NCBI GenBank assembly: GCA_038087875.1
Contig: CM075988.1
Location: 19,096,001-19,160,000, forward strand
DNA length: 64,000 nt
Direction of reading: 5' to 3'
Source of the DNA: Malacoraja senta
Lineage: Eukaryota
Below the pieces are notes generated by a model, which saw nothing but the letters and a program-made list of their open reading frames with translations, did no database searches and was not told the origin of the DNA. How positions within the stretch are numbered: the stretch's first letter is position 1; each line of letters opens with the position of its first letter. A program made the position numbers and the translations under genes. Below, piece after piece: positions 1 through 11,176 of this stretch.

Positions 1-309
1 ATTTAGTGGACAAATACACCATGCACTATAAATCAAGAGCACTTAGAAACAAACCCATATCCTTGATCTAGTTCTTTTGCAAAAGAGGCCGTCACTAACA
101 TTGTAATTTCAAAAAAACAACTTATCATTAGAGCAGTGAACATTTTGAAATGACAAACTCTATAGCACGTTGTATTTTCCATTTTCACGGAGACATTGCT
201 GCTTCACAGGGATCAGTGAAGGACAATGGACCTCTTCTTCTCTACAGCTCTGGCCAGGCCAGTTGAGCATTCCAAGAGAGCCTTTATTTGTCATACCCTA
301 CAGCAACAG

Positions 310-680
310 AGGCAAAATGGCCAGGCGGGTATACTGTTTCACTGCGCCAGAGACCCGGGTTCGATCCTGACCTCGGGTGCTATCCATGTGGAGTTAGCAC
401 GTTCTCCCTGTGACCGCATGTGTTTCCTCCGGTTGCTCTGGTTTCCTCCCACATCCCAAAGATGTGCAGGTTTGTCGGTCTCAGCGGATCAGGAGAGAAG
501 GAATAGGTGACGTTTGACTCGACCCAAAATGTCACCTATTCCTTTTCTCCAGGGATGCTGCCTGACCCGCTGAGTTACTCCAGCATTTTGCATCCATCTT
601 CAATGTAAACCAGCATCTGTAGTTCCTTCGTACACAGGTGTGTAGGTTAATTGCCCCCTATAAAATTGCCTCCAAATTGT
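310..680 (+). mobile_element. Degenerate tRNA-derived V-SINE (HE1-like), interrupted by a Penelope-derived insert at about 480-635
   Basis: B-box GGTTCGATCC near 359 and V-domain ggtttcctcccacatcccaaaga. The insert is flanked by an imperfect 13-bp duplication caggt(t/g)tgt(c/a)ggt. Confidence 0.8.
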
Positions 681-842
681 AGGGTGTCAAGTTGCTGGAA
701 AACAAAATAATGATTGTTGTGTTCGATAAATCACTGGATTCAGACAACAGAGTTTGATTCAGTCAAGAATATATTACACTAATAAATAAGGCAGATACAC
801 TCACGTGACCCTGAATATCCCCGTAAGCACTCGCAAACCCCG

Positions 843-1063
843 GGTGTGGAATTCTCTGCCTCAGAAAGCGGTGCAGGCTGGCTCTGTGGATGATTTCAAG
901 AGGTAGTTAGATAGAGCTCTTAGGGATAGCGGAGTTAAGGGATATGGAGAGAAGGCAGGAACGGGGCCATGATCAGCCATGATCACATTGAATGAGTGCT
1001 GGCTCGAAGGGCCGAATGGCCTACTCCTGCACCTACTGTCTATTGTCTATTGTCTATTGTCTA
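843..1063 (+). mobile_element. CR1 LINE 3' end, (TTGTCTA)n-tail subfamily
   Basis: WNSLPQ...GYGEKAG coding remnant, GGCCGAATGGCC stem-loop and ttgtcta repeats. Confidence 0.9.
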
Positions 1064-1297
1064 TACACAGCAGAGCACGTCGCAGGATGTTCCTGTTGTT
1101 GATCACCTGGCACCGTTCGCAACACGATCCAATGCTGGGGCTCTCTCTCCTGACAGGTTGGCCAACCCTATCCTTAATGGTATTTCTTATCAGAGCAGAC
1201 GGTGCCACTGCCCCCTCCCCAAGCCCCCCTTGTCTGCAACGTTTCCACGCTACTAGCGGCAAGGGGCGCGGGTGGTCCACCCAACTATCGCTGTTGT

Positions 1298-1731
1298 AGG
1301 GACCAGTAGCCAAGGTCCGGAGGGCAAGGCGCACTGCCACTCCACCTAGGGGCCGTAGGGGGAGGTGCGGCTCTGCTGTCAGCGACCGGAGGACTGGTGA
1401 CGGGATCTAGGGAGAGGGCAGGGCCGAAGATGTCCTGGTTGGGTTGCTCCTAAGCCTGGCCAAGCTGGCTATCCGCGAGTCACTGTGCCAGCCGGAAGAG
1501 GGCTTCGCCCGAGCCAGATGCTTGTCACTTTTTCGGGGTTACGTCCGCGCCCGGGTTGTGTTAGAGAGGGACATAGTTGTATTGTGGTTATTTAGTATAA
1601 TTGTAAGGATAGTTGTTTGAAAATTTAGATAATTTGGTGAATTTGTACTATGGTGGCGGGCGCGTTGCCACGGTTTTGTTTTGTATCGTGATTGTAATTA
1701 AATAAATTATTTTGGATACATATTAAAAAAA
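1298..1731 (+). mobile_element. Tx1-like (L1 clade) LINE 3' fragment with 15-bp TSD
   Basis: Encodes RAEDVLVGLLLSLAKLAIRES...FRGYVRARV. A-rich tail. TSD aactat(c/t)gctgttgt at 1283-1297 and 1732-1746. Confidence 0.85.
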
Positions 1732-2586
1732 AACTATTGCTGTTGTGTTTATTCCCAAACGCTATGCTTTCTCACAGAATGGCCCGAGAAAGGCTACCCT
1801 CCCAGATAATGTGCAAGGTCAATTCTACGAGATAGTACGTTTGAATCTTGTTTTCGAGGAGCTAAGCAGCTGCTAATTTAGCTGATAACTCCAGTTTACA
1901 TTTTAGCTGAAATTGCCTGTTTAACCCTTACATTACAATGAGTTTTGATTTTTAGACATGTCAGCACGCCACACGGGATGTATTGTCACAAAAAACCCGC
2001 TGCTTTAACATCATCTAGCTTCCTGTCAAACCTGAGAACCAATGAACAGAAAAATCTTACAGTGAGTGTATTTTCACAGCAAGGTACATCAACGCCATCT
2101 CCACAATAGTTAATCCATCTCAATTTCTCCCTTATAAATTATCAATAAGATACTAACAACACCAGCCAAATAGTGAAAGAGTATCAAAGCTCTCCGAGTA
2201 GAAATGTCTACACTGCAAGAAACGTCAGTACTTATTTACCTAAACCTACATTTATACTGAAATATCACTTTCAGCCTGGATTAGAGTGATCTGAGCTGAA
2301 TATGATCTCCAAGCATTTACAGTTACTTTCACCCAGGGTTAATAGATGTCCTTTGTAGCAATTAAATTACCTGCCTAATACATGGATTGTGAGCTTATTC
2401 AGCACAGAGCTCTGGCAGGAGAGCTGGGCTGGGTGTGGAATCAGAGAAGCCTGCTTCATTCCCAGCTTCATAACAGTCTGTCTCCCAGTCCCACGGGCCA
2501 GATGTGTTTACAGCCCTCTGGAACTGGAGCAAGTAGCAGCGTTGTGCTTTATGTACACAGCGGCAGCAGTACAAATGGACCTTTAA

Positions 2587-3009
2587 AGGGCCTGCCCTAC
2601 TTTCACGAGGTAATTCACAAATTCTCCCGAGTTTTCCCCTTGATTGAAACTCGCAGAATGTTCGTAACGAGTCCGTAGGAGTTCGTAGATGTATCGTAGC
2701 GGCTCGTTATGCTAGCCGTAGGTACTCGTGGCATCAGATAAGTCGTGACGTTTTTTCCAGCCCGATAAAAAATGTCCACGAGTAAAAAAATGGTCGGGAT
2801 GAAAGAAATTGCGACTTTTTACTCGTAAGGAGGGCATCGAAATAGTCGTGGGAATTCGTAAACATACTCGTAGGAGTTCGTAGGAGTTCGTGAACATAGT
2901 CGTGGAAGGTCGTAGGAGTTCGTAGATTACCACGATCTTGATTATTTTTTTTAGGTCCTTTAAACTCGGCAGAGGTTTTGAATTAAGTCGTGAAAGTGGG
3001 ACAAGCCCT
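2587..3009. mobile_element. Non-autonomous DNA transposon (MITE), PIF/Harbinger-like
   Basis: About 50-bp imperfect TIRs (AGGGCCTGCCCTACTTTCACGA... / ...TCGTGAAAGTGGGACAAGCCCT). TAA on both sides (2584-2586, 3010-3012). Confidence 0.85.
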
Positions 3010-3014
3010 TAAGT

Positions 3015-3570
3015 AAAACACAAAGTGCTGGAGGAACTAAACGGGTCAGGCAGCATCTGCGGAGGGAGATGCAAAGAACTGCAGATGCTGGTTTCCAAGA
3101 AGAAAAAAAAAACAAAGTGCTGGAGTAACTTGTCGGTTCAAGCAGCATCTCTGGTGGGAGACAGAATGAATTGTGGATGCTGGATTACAAATAAAATAAA
3201 GTGCTAGAGTAACTAGGCAGGTTATGCAGCATCTCTGGAGGACATGGATAGCTGACGTTTCAGGTCGGGAACCTTCTTCAATGGACAGGTGACATTTCAA
3301 TCCTTTTTTAGACTGTTAGAGGTGGGGGGGTGGGGAAGCTGGAAAAGAGAGGTGGGGGTGGGTGAACCTTGCAAGTGATAGGTGGGTACAGGTGAGGAGG
3401 GTGCGATTGGCAGATTGGTCAAGTAAATGACAAAGGCTAGAGGTGAAAAGGACACAAAAGGGTGTCAGATAAGGAGAGAAGAGGAGGAGGAGTGAAATGC
3501 AAAGCCAGAGGGATGGATATGGGTGGAAGGAGACAGGGGGCGGGGGAGGGGGGGGATCAAAAGGAAATGG
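3015..3570 (-). mobile_element. Cluster of nested Penelope-like (PLE) pseudo-LTR fragments
   Basis: Three tandem acaaagtgctggag...gcagcatct blocks followed by purine-rich UTR homologous to 50955-51290 (+). Confidence 0.7.
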
Positions 3571-4262
3571 GGTACTCGGTGATGGGAGATGAGTGGGGGT
3601 CCCTCTATGCAGGGATTCTATCCCTCTACATCGGGGACCTGGGGTAGATGGTACTGCACCAAGGAGTCCCTTGCAACTTGTTTCTCTCACGGTTCACAGA
3701 CTCTCCAGCCACAGGCCACTTTTGCAGGCTGGAAGAGCCTGTGTTCCACGTGTAGATGGAGTGTGTGAGGTTGCAGCTTCTATTCCAACACCTAAAGGGG
3801 CTGCTTCTTGCCTTCTGGCTGCAATTCACACCCACCATCCTCATCTTTGGACACCCTGTGCGTAGGGCAGAGGGTAGGGCTGAAGATGTCCTGGTTGGGT
3901 TGCTCCTGGCCATCCACGAGTCACGGCACCAGGCGGAAGAGGGTTCTGCCCGAGCCGGCTGCCTGCCCCTTTTCCGGGATTACGCCTGCACCTGGGTGGT
4001 ACTTGAGAGAGACTACGCGCTGTCCACGGGCGCCCTGGGAGATTTCCGGGACCGTTGGGCACCGGGGGGGGGGGGGGGGGGGTGGAAGTCAATCTCGATC
4101 AGGATTGTAATATAGTTGTTTAATACTCAGTATATATGATACTGAAGAATATTTGTTATGCTTTGTACTATGATGCTGGGTTTGTTTAGTATCGTTTTGT
4201 ATTGTATGTATTATTCTTGTAATAATTGATTACATTAATTTTTGTATAAAACATTAAAAAAT
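3570..4262 (+). mobile_element. Tx1-like LINE 3' fragment
   Basis: ORF 3756-4115 (ECVRLQLLF...FTPTILIFGHPVRR...LERDYALSTG...RDRWAP). Same family as 1298-1731. A-rich end. Confidence 0.85.
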
Positions 4263-4322
4263 GGTGCATATGAGCTGACACAGCCCAGTCCATTTACAGT
4301 ACGACTCTTTACAAAATAAGCA

Positions 4323-5025
4323 AGAGTGGAGTGTGTGTCTAGTTCTCATATGTACAATGACATTTTTATTTGCTGCAATTTAACAAGCCCGTAAATACAA
4401 TAACACAGACAAATATCCAATAATCAATAATTAAATTATCAGAAATAATAAGTAACCATAAGGGTGTAAGACCATAGTCCATAGTGCAATCAAAGACACA
4501 AAGAAACATAAAAATGTAGAAAAATAGATGCAGGAGTAGGCCATTCGGCCCTTTGAGCCAGCACCACCATTCAATATGATCATGGCAAGATCATCTAAAA
4601 TCTGTACCCCGTTCCTGCTTTTACCCCATAGCCCTTGATTCCTTTAGCCCTAAGAGCTAAATCTAACTATCTCTTGAATACACCCAGTGAATTGGCCTCC
4701 ACTGCCTTCTGTGGCAGTCCATAGAAGGTCATAGTTGCTCAGAGCAGTATTGTGCAATGTTCAAGGGTCTGTTGGATGTTGGGAAGAAGTTGTTCTTGAA
4801 CCTGGAGATCATCGTTTTAAGGCTCCTGTACTTTCTTCTAGATGGTAGCAGCAAGATGAGAGCGTGGCCAGGATGGTGTGGGTCTTTGATGATATTGGGT
4901 GTCATTTTGAGGCAGGGCCTCCTGTAGATCCCTTCGACGGTGGGGAGGTCGGTACCCGTGATGGACCGGGCAGTGTATACCACTGCCTTGTTCCTGGGCA
5001 TTCGAGTTGCCAGACCAGTTCATGA
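4323..5025 (-). mobile_element. Rex1/Babar-like LINE 3' fragment with a CR1 tail inserted at about 4501-4716
   Basis: ORF 4729-5001 IIKDPHHPGHALILLLPSRRKYRSLKTMISRFKNNFFP, a Rex/Babar C-terminal motif. Confidence 0.8.
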
Positions 5026-5599
5026 TCCAGTGATATGACTGAGCACCAGAAACCTACTGAAATATGAAACATGAATTGATGTATTCAGGAATAATCTTGA
5101 AGGATAATTGATATTGAAAATCAGTAAAACTGCCAATATTGGAGGTCTAAAATAAAATCAGGAAATGCTGGAGATTCCCAGAGTCAGAGGGTTGCACAGC
5201 ACGGAATCAGACCCTTCAGCCCTCAATGTCCATGCCATGTTAAACTAATCTCCTCTGCCCACACATGGTCCATATCCCTCCATTCCCTACATGTCCATTA
5301 GCCTATCCAAAGGCCTCTTAAACGTGACTATTGTATCTGCCTCCACCCCCCAGTGCGTCCCAGGTTCCCACCACCCCTTATGGCAAAAGAACTTGCCCCG
5401 CACATCTCATTTTAACTTTTGCCCTCTGACCTCTAAAGCCACGCCCTTTCACTTTGACATTTTCACCCCGTGAATAAAGGTTCTGACTCTCTACCCTCTC
5501 TATGCCTCTCATAATTTGATATACTTCCATCAGGTCTCCCCTCAACCTTAGACCATAAGGGGGAAAATAATCTAAATGTTTTAATTCTTAAATGAACAA

Positions 5600-5967
5600 G
5601 CTCCTTGTTTTTATGTAGTTTTTATTATTTATTTTTGTCGGGGTATGTGTGTGTGGGGGGGGGGGGGGGTGGGGGGGGAACTTTAAAATCTTTCCCCTGC
5701 AAGGGAGACCCGACCTTTTCTTTGTCGGGTCTCCGTTGTCGTTGGGGCTGGGCAACGTGGAGCGGCCTCCAGCAGGAACGACCTGGGGCTTCAGTTGCGG
5801 AGCTGCGGACTACTCACCGTCACGGGGCTGGCCGAGTCCGGAGCGGGTGGAGCTGTGGTGGAAACAATCGCTGCTGCTACCCGACCCCCGGAGATTCGGA
5901 GGCTACAACCGCGGGTCTGGCGGACGCCAACACCGGAAGCCCGCGGGTCCCTGGTGGGAGACCGCTT
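5600..5967 (+). mobile_element. GC-rich non-autonomous retroelement 5' part, related to 25343-26177, cut by the assembly gap
   Basis: T-rich tract, G-run, perfect 11-bp hairpin at 5704-5734 and CpG-rich body. Same layout as 25343-26177. Confidence 0.55.
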
Positions 5968-6167
5968 NNNNNNNNNNNNNNNNNNNNNNNNNNNNNNNNN
6001 NNNNNNNNNNNNNNNNNNNNNNNNNNNNNNNNNNNNNNNNNNNNNNNNNNNNNNNNNNNNNNNNNNNNNNNNNNNNNNNNNNNNNNNNNNNNNNNNNNNN
6101 NNNNNNNNNNNNNNNNNNNNNNNNNNNNNNNNNNNNNNNNNNNNNNNNNNNNNNNNNNNNNNNNNNN
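5968..6167. other. Assembly gap (200 N)
   Basis: Run of exactly 200 N. Confidence 1.
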
Positions 6168-6213
6168 TCAGAGGTTGGTGGGTATATGGAACGAGTTACC
6201 AGAGGAGGTAGTT

Positions 6214-6355
6214 ACAGTGAGGAGAAGATTCGCTGTGATGGATGTTTGTGTAAATTGTGTTGCGTCTTGGTTCTTTTTACTTGTTTGTATGACTGCAGAA
6301 ACAGAATTTCGTTTGAACTTAGGTTCAAATGACAACAAATAAATATCTATCTATC
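6214..6355 (+). mobile_element. 3' end of Rex-tail non-autonomous element inserted in a CR1 fragment (6168-6490)
   Basis: tagtt duplicated at 6209-6213 and 6356-6360. Ends with a hairpin, then aatgacaacaaataaa(tatc)n. Confidence 0.7.
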
Positions 6356-6967
6356 TAGTTGAGACAAGTACTATAACAGCATTTGAAAGACACAGGTACA
6401 TGATTGGAAAAGGTTTAGAGGGATATGGGCCAAACGCGTGCAAATGGGACCAGATTGCATGGGGCAGCATGGACTAGTTGGGCTGAAAGACTTGTTACTA
6501 ATATAGAGTTATACCACATGGAAACAGGCCCTTTGACCCAAATTCCCATGCCAACCCAGATGCCCCATCTAAGCTAGTCCCACCTGCCCGCGTTTGGCCC
6601 ATATCCCACTAATTTCTTTCTGTCACCTTAAACCGTTGACTGCTGGTTCTTGATCCCCCTACTCTGGGTCAAAGACTCTACTCTGTGTACTTACTCTATC
6701 TAGTCTCTCATAATCTTTGTTAATTATTGATATCATTGATGGGATAGAAAGTAAATGTGATGCATCTTTGAATCCAAAGCGAGCAGAACATTAAAACTGA
6801 AACAGCACATTTATTTGGAATGGATTAGTTTCCAGTAAAACATGACTCTTCATAAAACGCGACCAGATGTGGTGCAATGAAAACATTCTGACATGAAAGT
6901 TAAACATTGTAAGTTCAAGTGTTGCCCCAGAGATGTCAGCGCAAAATCACAGCCTGGTAACCAAGTC

Positions 6968-7527
6968 CAGTTTAGAGATAGAGTGTGGAAACAGGCACTT
7001 CGGCCCATCGAGTGCATGCTGACCAAACCCATGCACTACTTCGATTCTATACACCAGGGAAATTTTATAGAAGCCAATTAACCTGCAAGTTGGCACATCC
7101 GGGAGGCGCTACAGGTCTCTCCGTTGCCGGACCAGCAGGTCCAGGAACAGCTTCTTCCCTGCGGCGGTTACACTACTCAACACTGTACCTCGGTGACTGC
7201 CAATCACACCCCCCCCCCCCCCCCCCCCCCGGACACTCCTCCCACCAGGATTTATTAGATTTATTTATTTACTGCTCATATTTATGTCGCTCTTCTAGGG
7301 AGATGCTAACTGCATTTCGTTGTCTCTGTACTGTACACTGCACAATGACAATAAAGTTGAATCTGAATCTGAATCTTTGGGATGTGGGAGGAAACTGGAG
7401 TACCTGGAGGAAACCCGCGTGCTCACAGGGAGATCATACAAATTCTGCACAGACAGCACCCGAGGTCAGGATTGAACCTGGGTCCTTGATGCTGTAAGGC
7501 AGGAACTCTACCGCTGTGTCACTATGC
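6968..7527 (-). mobile_element. V-SINE interrupted by a Rex1/Babar 3' end (7093-7376, +)
   Basis: The SINE halves join once the SVAGPAGPGTASS.../RNSFFP fragment with its aatgacaataaa(tgaatc)n tail is removed. Confidence 0.8.
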
Positions 7528-7754
7528 AGGGCTACTGAAATTCTGCACTGTCAAAGTTAAATTGAGACCCATCCTCTCCTTCAGACTGATGGAAAAAGAT
7601 CTTGTGGTACAAAGTTTGTAAAGGGACAGAGGGCTAACACTCTTGGCTAATGCTTATCCTTCAGTCAACCGTCTTATCCGTCCCAACCCTAAATGTTGTC
7701 TGGCCTTTCCTCCACAGATGCTGCCTGACCCACTGAGTTCCTTCAGCACACCAA

Positions 7755-8095
7755 CATCATGAGAGGAATAGAGGTAAATGCACAGTCTTTTACCCAGAGT
7801 AATGAATCAAGAACCAATTGGTTTAAGGTGAGGAGGGAAAGATTTAATATGAACCTGGGGGGCGATGTTTTTACACAAAGGGTGGTGGGTGCATGGAACG
7901 AGCTGCAAGAGGAGGTAGTTGAGTCAGGTACTATCACAATGTTTAAAAAAACATTTTGGACAGGTACATGGATAGATAGGTTTAGACGGATATGGGCCAA
8001 ATGCATGCAGGTGGGAGTAGTGTAGATGGGACATGTTGGTTGCTGTGGGCGAGTTGGGCCGAAGGGCCTGTTTCCATGCTGTGTAACTCAATGAT
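7755..8095 (+). mobile_element. CR1 (HER1-like) 3' fragment
   Basis: ORF 7759-8025 FTQRVVGAWNELQEEVVE and tail gggccgaagggcctgtttcc. Confidence 0.85.
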
Positions 8096-8804
8096 TCTAT
8101 GATTATAGCTCTCCACAGCGGTGAACCTAACAAGATGAAAATATTCCTTTTGTAACAGGCGAGGATTTGCTGGGAATGTGATCACAAATTTAACGTGCCC
8201 TCTTAATCAGTGCACAAAGAACTTAATGCAAAGAGAAATTATCGGATGAGTCTCATTGCTCCATGGTTAGCCTCCAAAAAATTGGATCTCACCATCAACA
8301 CTCCGTGGGAATCCAGAAATTGCTGCACTGTAAAAGTAACTTAAATCACCAGAGAAAATCTGGAATTGTACTTCACTTTGTAAGGCCACTTTAATAAGGA
8401 GATTAATGCTCTTGTAATACTGTTCATCCCTTCAGCAGAGAAAGGAAATTACTGTAACCTAAGGTCTTGGCACTCCAGGAAATAATATTTCACTGGAGAT
8501 TTTAAAAATATTAATTTTCTACCTCTTATATTCCAGTTTTGTTGCTTTATTTCTTATTTTACAGATCCTTTGGTTTTAACAGGTTGTGGTGTTTAAGAAG
8601 CTTTTAGATAGGCACATGGTTATGGAAGGAATGGAGGGATATGTGTCACATGCAGGCAGAGCAGATTAGCTTAATTTAGCATCATGTTCGGCATGGACCA
8701 TATGGGCGAAGGCCTGTTCCTGTGCTTTATGTTCTGTGTTCCAGTTCATCCATTGTTGAGCTGTTTCTTCCTCTTCCTTGACATGAATTGTGTACAGGCA
8801 CATC

Positions 8805-8902
8805 CACCTGAAGAAGGGTTTCGGCCCGAAACGTTGCCTATTTCTTCGCTCCATGGATGCTGCCTCACCTGCTGAGTTTCTCCAGCATTTGTCTCTACAT
8901 CC
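8805..8902 (+). ncRNA. Penelope-derived fragment with minimal hammerhead ribozyme core
   Basis: CTGAAGA (8808-8814), A, GGGT-TTCG-GCCC, GAAA (8828-8831), CGTT. Confidence 0.55.
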
Positions 8903-8908
8903 ACCTGT

Positions 8909-9173
8909 GTTTAGTTTAGTTTGTTTAGAGATACAGAGCGGAAACAGGCCCTTCGGCCCACCGTGTCCACGTCGACCAGCGATCACCCCGTACATCAGCA
9001 CCGTCCTACACACTAGGTACAATTTACAATTTTTACCAAGCAAATTAACCTACAAACCTGCACTTCTATGGAGTATGGGAGGAAACCGGAGCACCCCGGA
9101 GAAAACCCACATGGTCACGGGGAGAACGTACAAACTCTGTAAAGACAGCGTCCCTTTAGTCAGGATCGAACCC
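8909..9173 (-). mobile_element. V-SINE (HE1-like)
   Basis: (TTTAG)n tail, CR1-like tail, V-domain and B-box. Confidence 0.9.
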
Positions 9174-9774
9174 TTGAAGAACAAGGAAAATGCAGTTCTA
9201 AAGAGCAGCTGCTGCTGCCTCTAAGTTCCGGGAATCCTGGTTTGATCATGACCTTGGGTCCTGTCCATGTTTAGTCCTTGGAGCGCAGGAAGCCGAGGGG
9301 TGATCTTACAGAGGTGTATAAAATCACGAGGGAATAAACAGTCGAACTTTGAAACAGTCGAACAGATGGACTTTGAAATGGCTCCAAAACCTGGCGACTC
9401 TTGCGTGCAGTCTGAGTGGACTATTTCTGTGCACTTTGTACTAATCAGGGGTTGCGCTGACATATGGCAATGCTTTACTGAACTATGCATAAAGAACTTC
9501 ACTGTACCAGTGTACCTGTACACATGTGATACTAAAGAACTGTTGACCCAATTCACCCACCGTCTCACGTGTGTGTTCAGGAAAGTTCATCCACTTGTGT
9601 AAGAAGAAACCCGTGTGGTCACCAGGAGAAACATGCACACTCCACAGAGACAGCACAGGAAATCAGAATGAAAAGAGTTTAATTGTCATATATACCGGTC
9701 AATGGAACAATGACATTCTCACTGACTGCACATTTACAGGCCGGTGCAATACCCATAGATAATATATAATAACT

Positions 9775-10051
9775 TCGTAGGCCCCCCCCCCCCCCCCTCG
9801 GTCATGGCTGACCATGGGTGTCTCGAGGGTTGGAGGACGTCAGTGTGTGACTTTGATTAACGTGGGGAGACTGGTACACAGACAGTCCTTGACAGATCTG
9901 GGTCAGGATCCAGTGGCATGGAGTCCAAGACAACCGGAGACCCTTTTCTGCTGCAGCCTTCATCCGCCTTCCCAGCCGTCGTGACGCTCCATAAGGTCAG
10001 CCATCATCCTCCGCCTGTTCCACCGTCGAGGTCTTGGTTGGATTGCTCTTT
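9775..10051 (-). mobile_element. 5'-truncated RTE-type non-autonomous element (same body as 21935-22348), nested in a Rex/Babar 3' UTR
   Basis: Colinear with about 22070-22292. Possible taact TSD at 9770-9774 and 10052-10056. Confidence 0.8.
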
Positions 10052-10270
10052 TAACTAAAAATACTATAAATTAACAACCAGTAATACTCGGTGACCAGAT
10101 GATAATAGTGCAAAACCAGTTGGTTGTGCAAATAAAATAAACTTCATAGTAGAATGTAGCTGAGGCAGGGTTGTAGTTAGTGTTGTGCAGTGTTCAATGG
10201 CCTGATGGTTGGTGGGATGCAGCTGTTTTCAGGCTCCTGTGGCATGTTCCCAGTGGCAGTTGCCTTGCAC

Positions 10271-10455
10271 CAGCATCTCTGGAGAGAAGGAATGGGTGAC
10301 ATTTCGGGCCGAGTCCCTTCTTCAGACATCAAGGGTCTCGACCCGAAACGTCACCCATTCCTTCTCTCCAGAGATGCTGCATGTCCCGCTGAGTTACTCC
10401 AGCATTTTGTGTCAATCTTCCATTTAAACCAGCGTCTGCAGTTCATTCCTACACA
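10271..10455 (+). mobile_element. Palindromic Penelope-derived insert
   Basis: Inverted arms cagcatctctggagagaaggaatgggtgac... / ...gtcacccattccttctctccagagatgctg. Confidence 0.8.
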
Positions 10456-11176
10456 GTGTTTCACAGGTTTAGTGGAGACTCTGGTGTCTGAATTCCTGTG
10501 GAATGAGGCAAGTATGACAGCAGCTCTGGACAAGTTCCGGACAGATGCAGGAGGGAGCAAATTAGCACAAGAAGCAGACGCCAAGGGGGGCATTGAGACT
10601 GCCACTGAACAGGTGCCTGGAGCACTACTCTGCTGCCTGTAGCTCTGACATCTATTGTTTTCAGCACCTTCACTCAAAACTGAGCTTTCATTGGTGTCTC
10701 ATGTGATAAATAAGTGCCTTGTGTTCTCTTGTTGCTCTGCAAAGCCTGATCATGCTTTATCTCTGGGAAAGATAACTGCACACCAGGATTGAATTTGACA
10801 CCATTCTAAAAGATAAGTCACTCTTTCAGGGCTGACATTCTTGTCCTTGGGATTAATTCTTTCTTGCTCGTGAACAAATCTTAAGGTTAGGCTGACATTT
10901 CAGTAAACAATCGCTGCCTTGATGCCAGGATGTTGTTTATCAGGGATGAGTCATTCTGTCTTCACCTTTCAATTGCAGCTGAACATTTTGAGTCACTTAC
11001 ACCTTGAGAGTACAACAAGCGATCCACTTTTCTACATTGGAACTTAATGTTCTTCACAAGAATATATCATTCTTCAAAAGATACACAGAGACATCTACTG
11101 CTTCCCCTCACAATATCTGCATTCCTCTAATTCTGGCATTTTGATCGTCCGCTTATTGAAATGAAGCACTGTTAGA

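Noticed and set aside
2660-2930. Short periodic repeats superficially like a CRISPR array
   Set aside because: The units are ~10 bp without unique spacers, lie inside a TIR element and are in a vertebrate context.
5605-6342. Long ORFs of 245, 227 and 138 aa
   Set aside because: They are artefacts of reading through the 200-N gap and repeat sequence.
10578-10595. CTCF-like motif gccaaggggggca
   Set aside because: Only the 3' half matches the consensus.
10467-10612. Possible exon (GLVETLVSEFLWNEAS...ATEQ) with AG/GT ends
   Set aside because: The acceptor context is largely supplied by a PLE tail, the donor (GTGCCT) is weak, the peptide is unrecognised and there are no partner exons.
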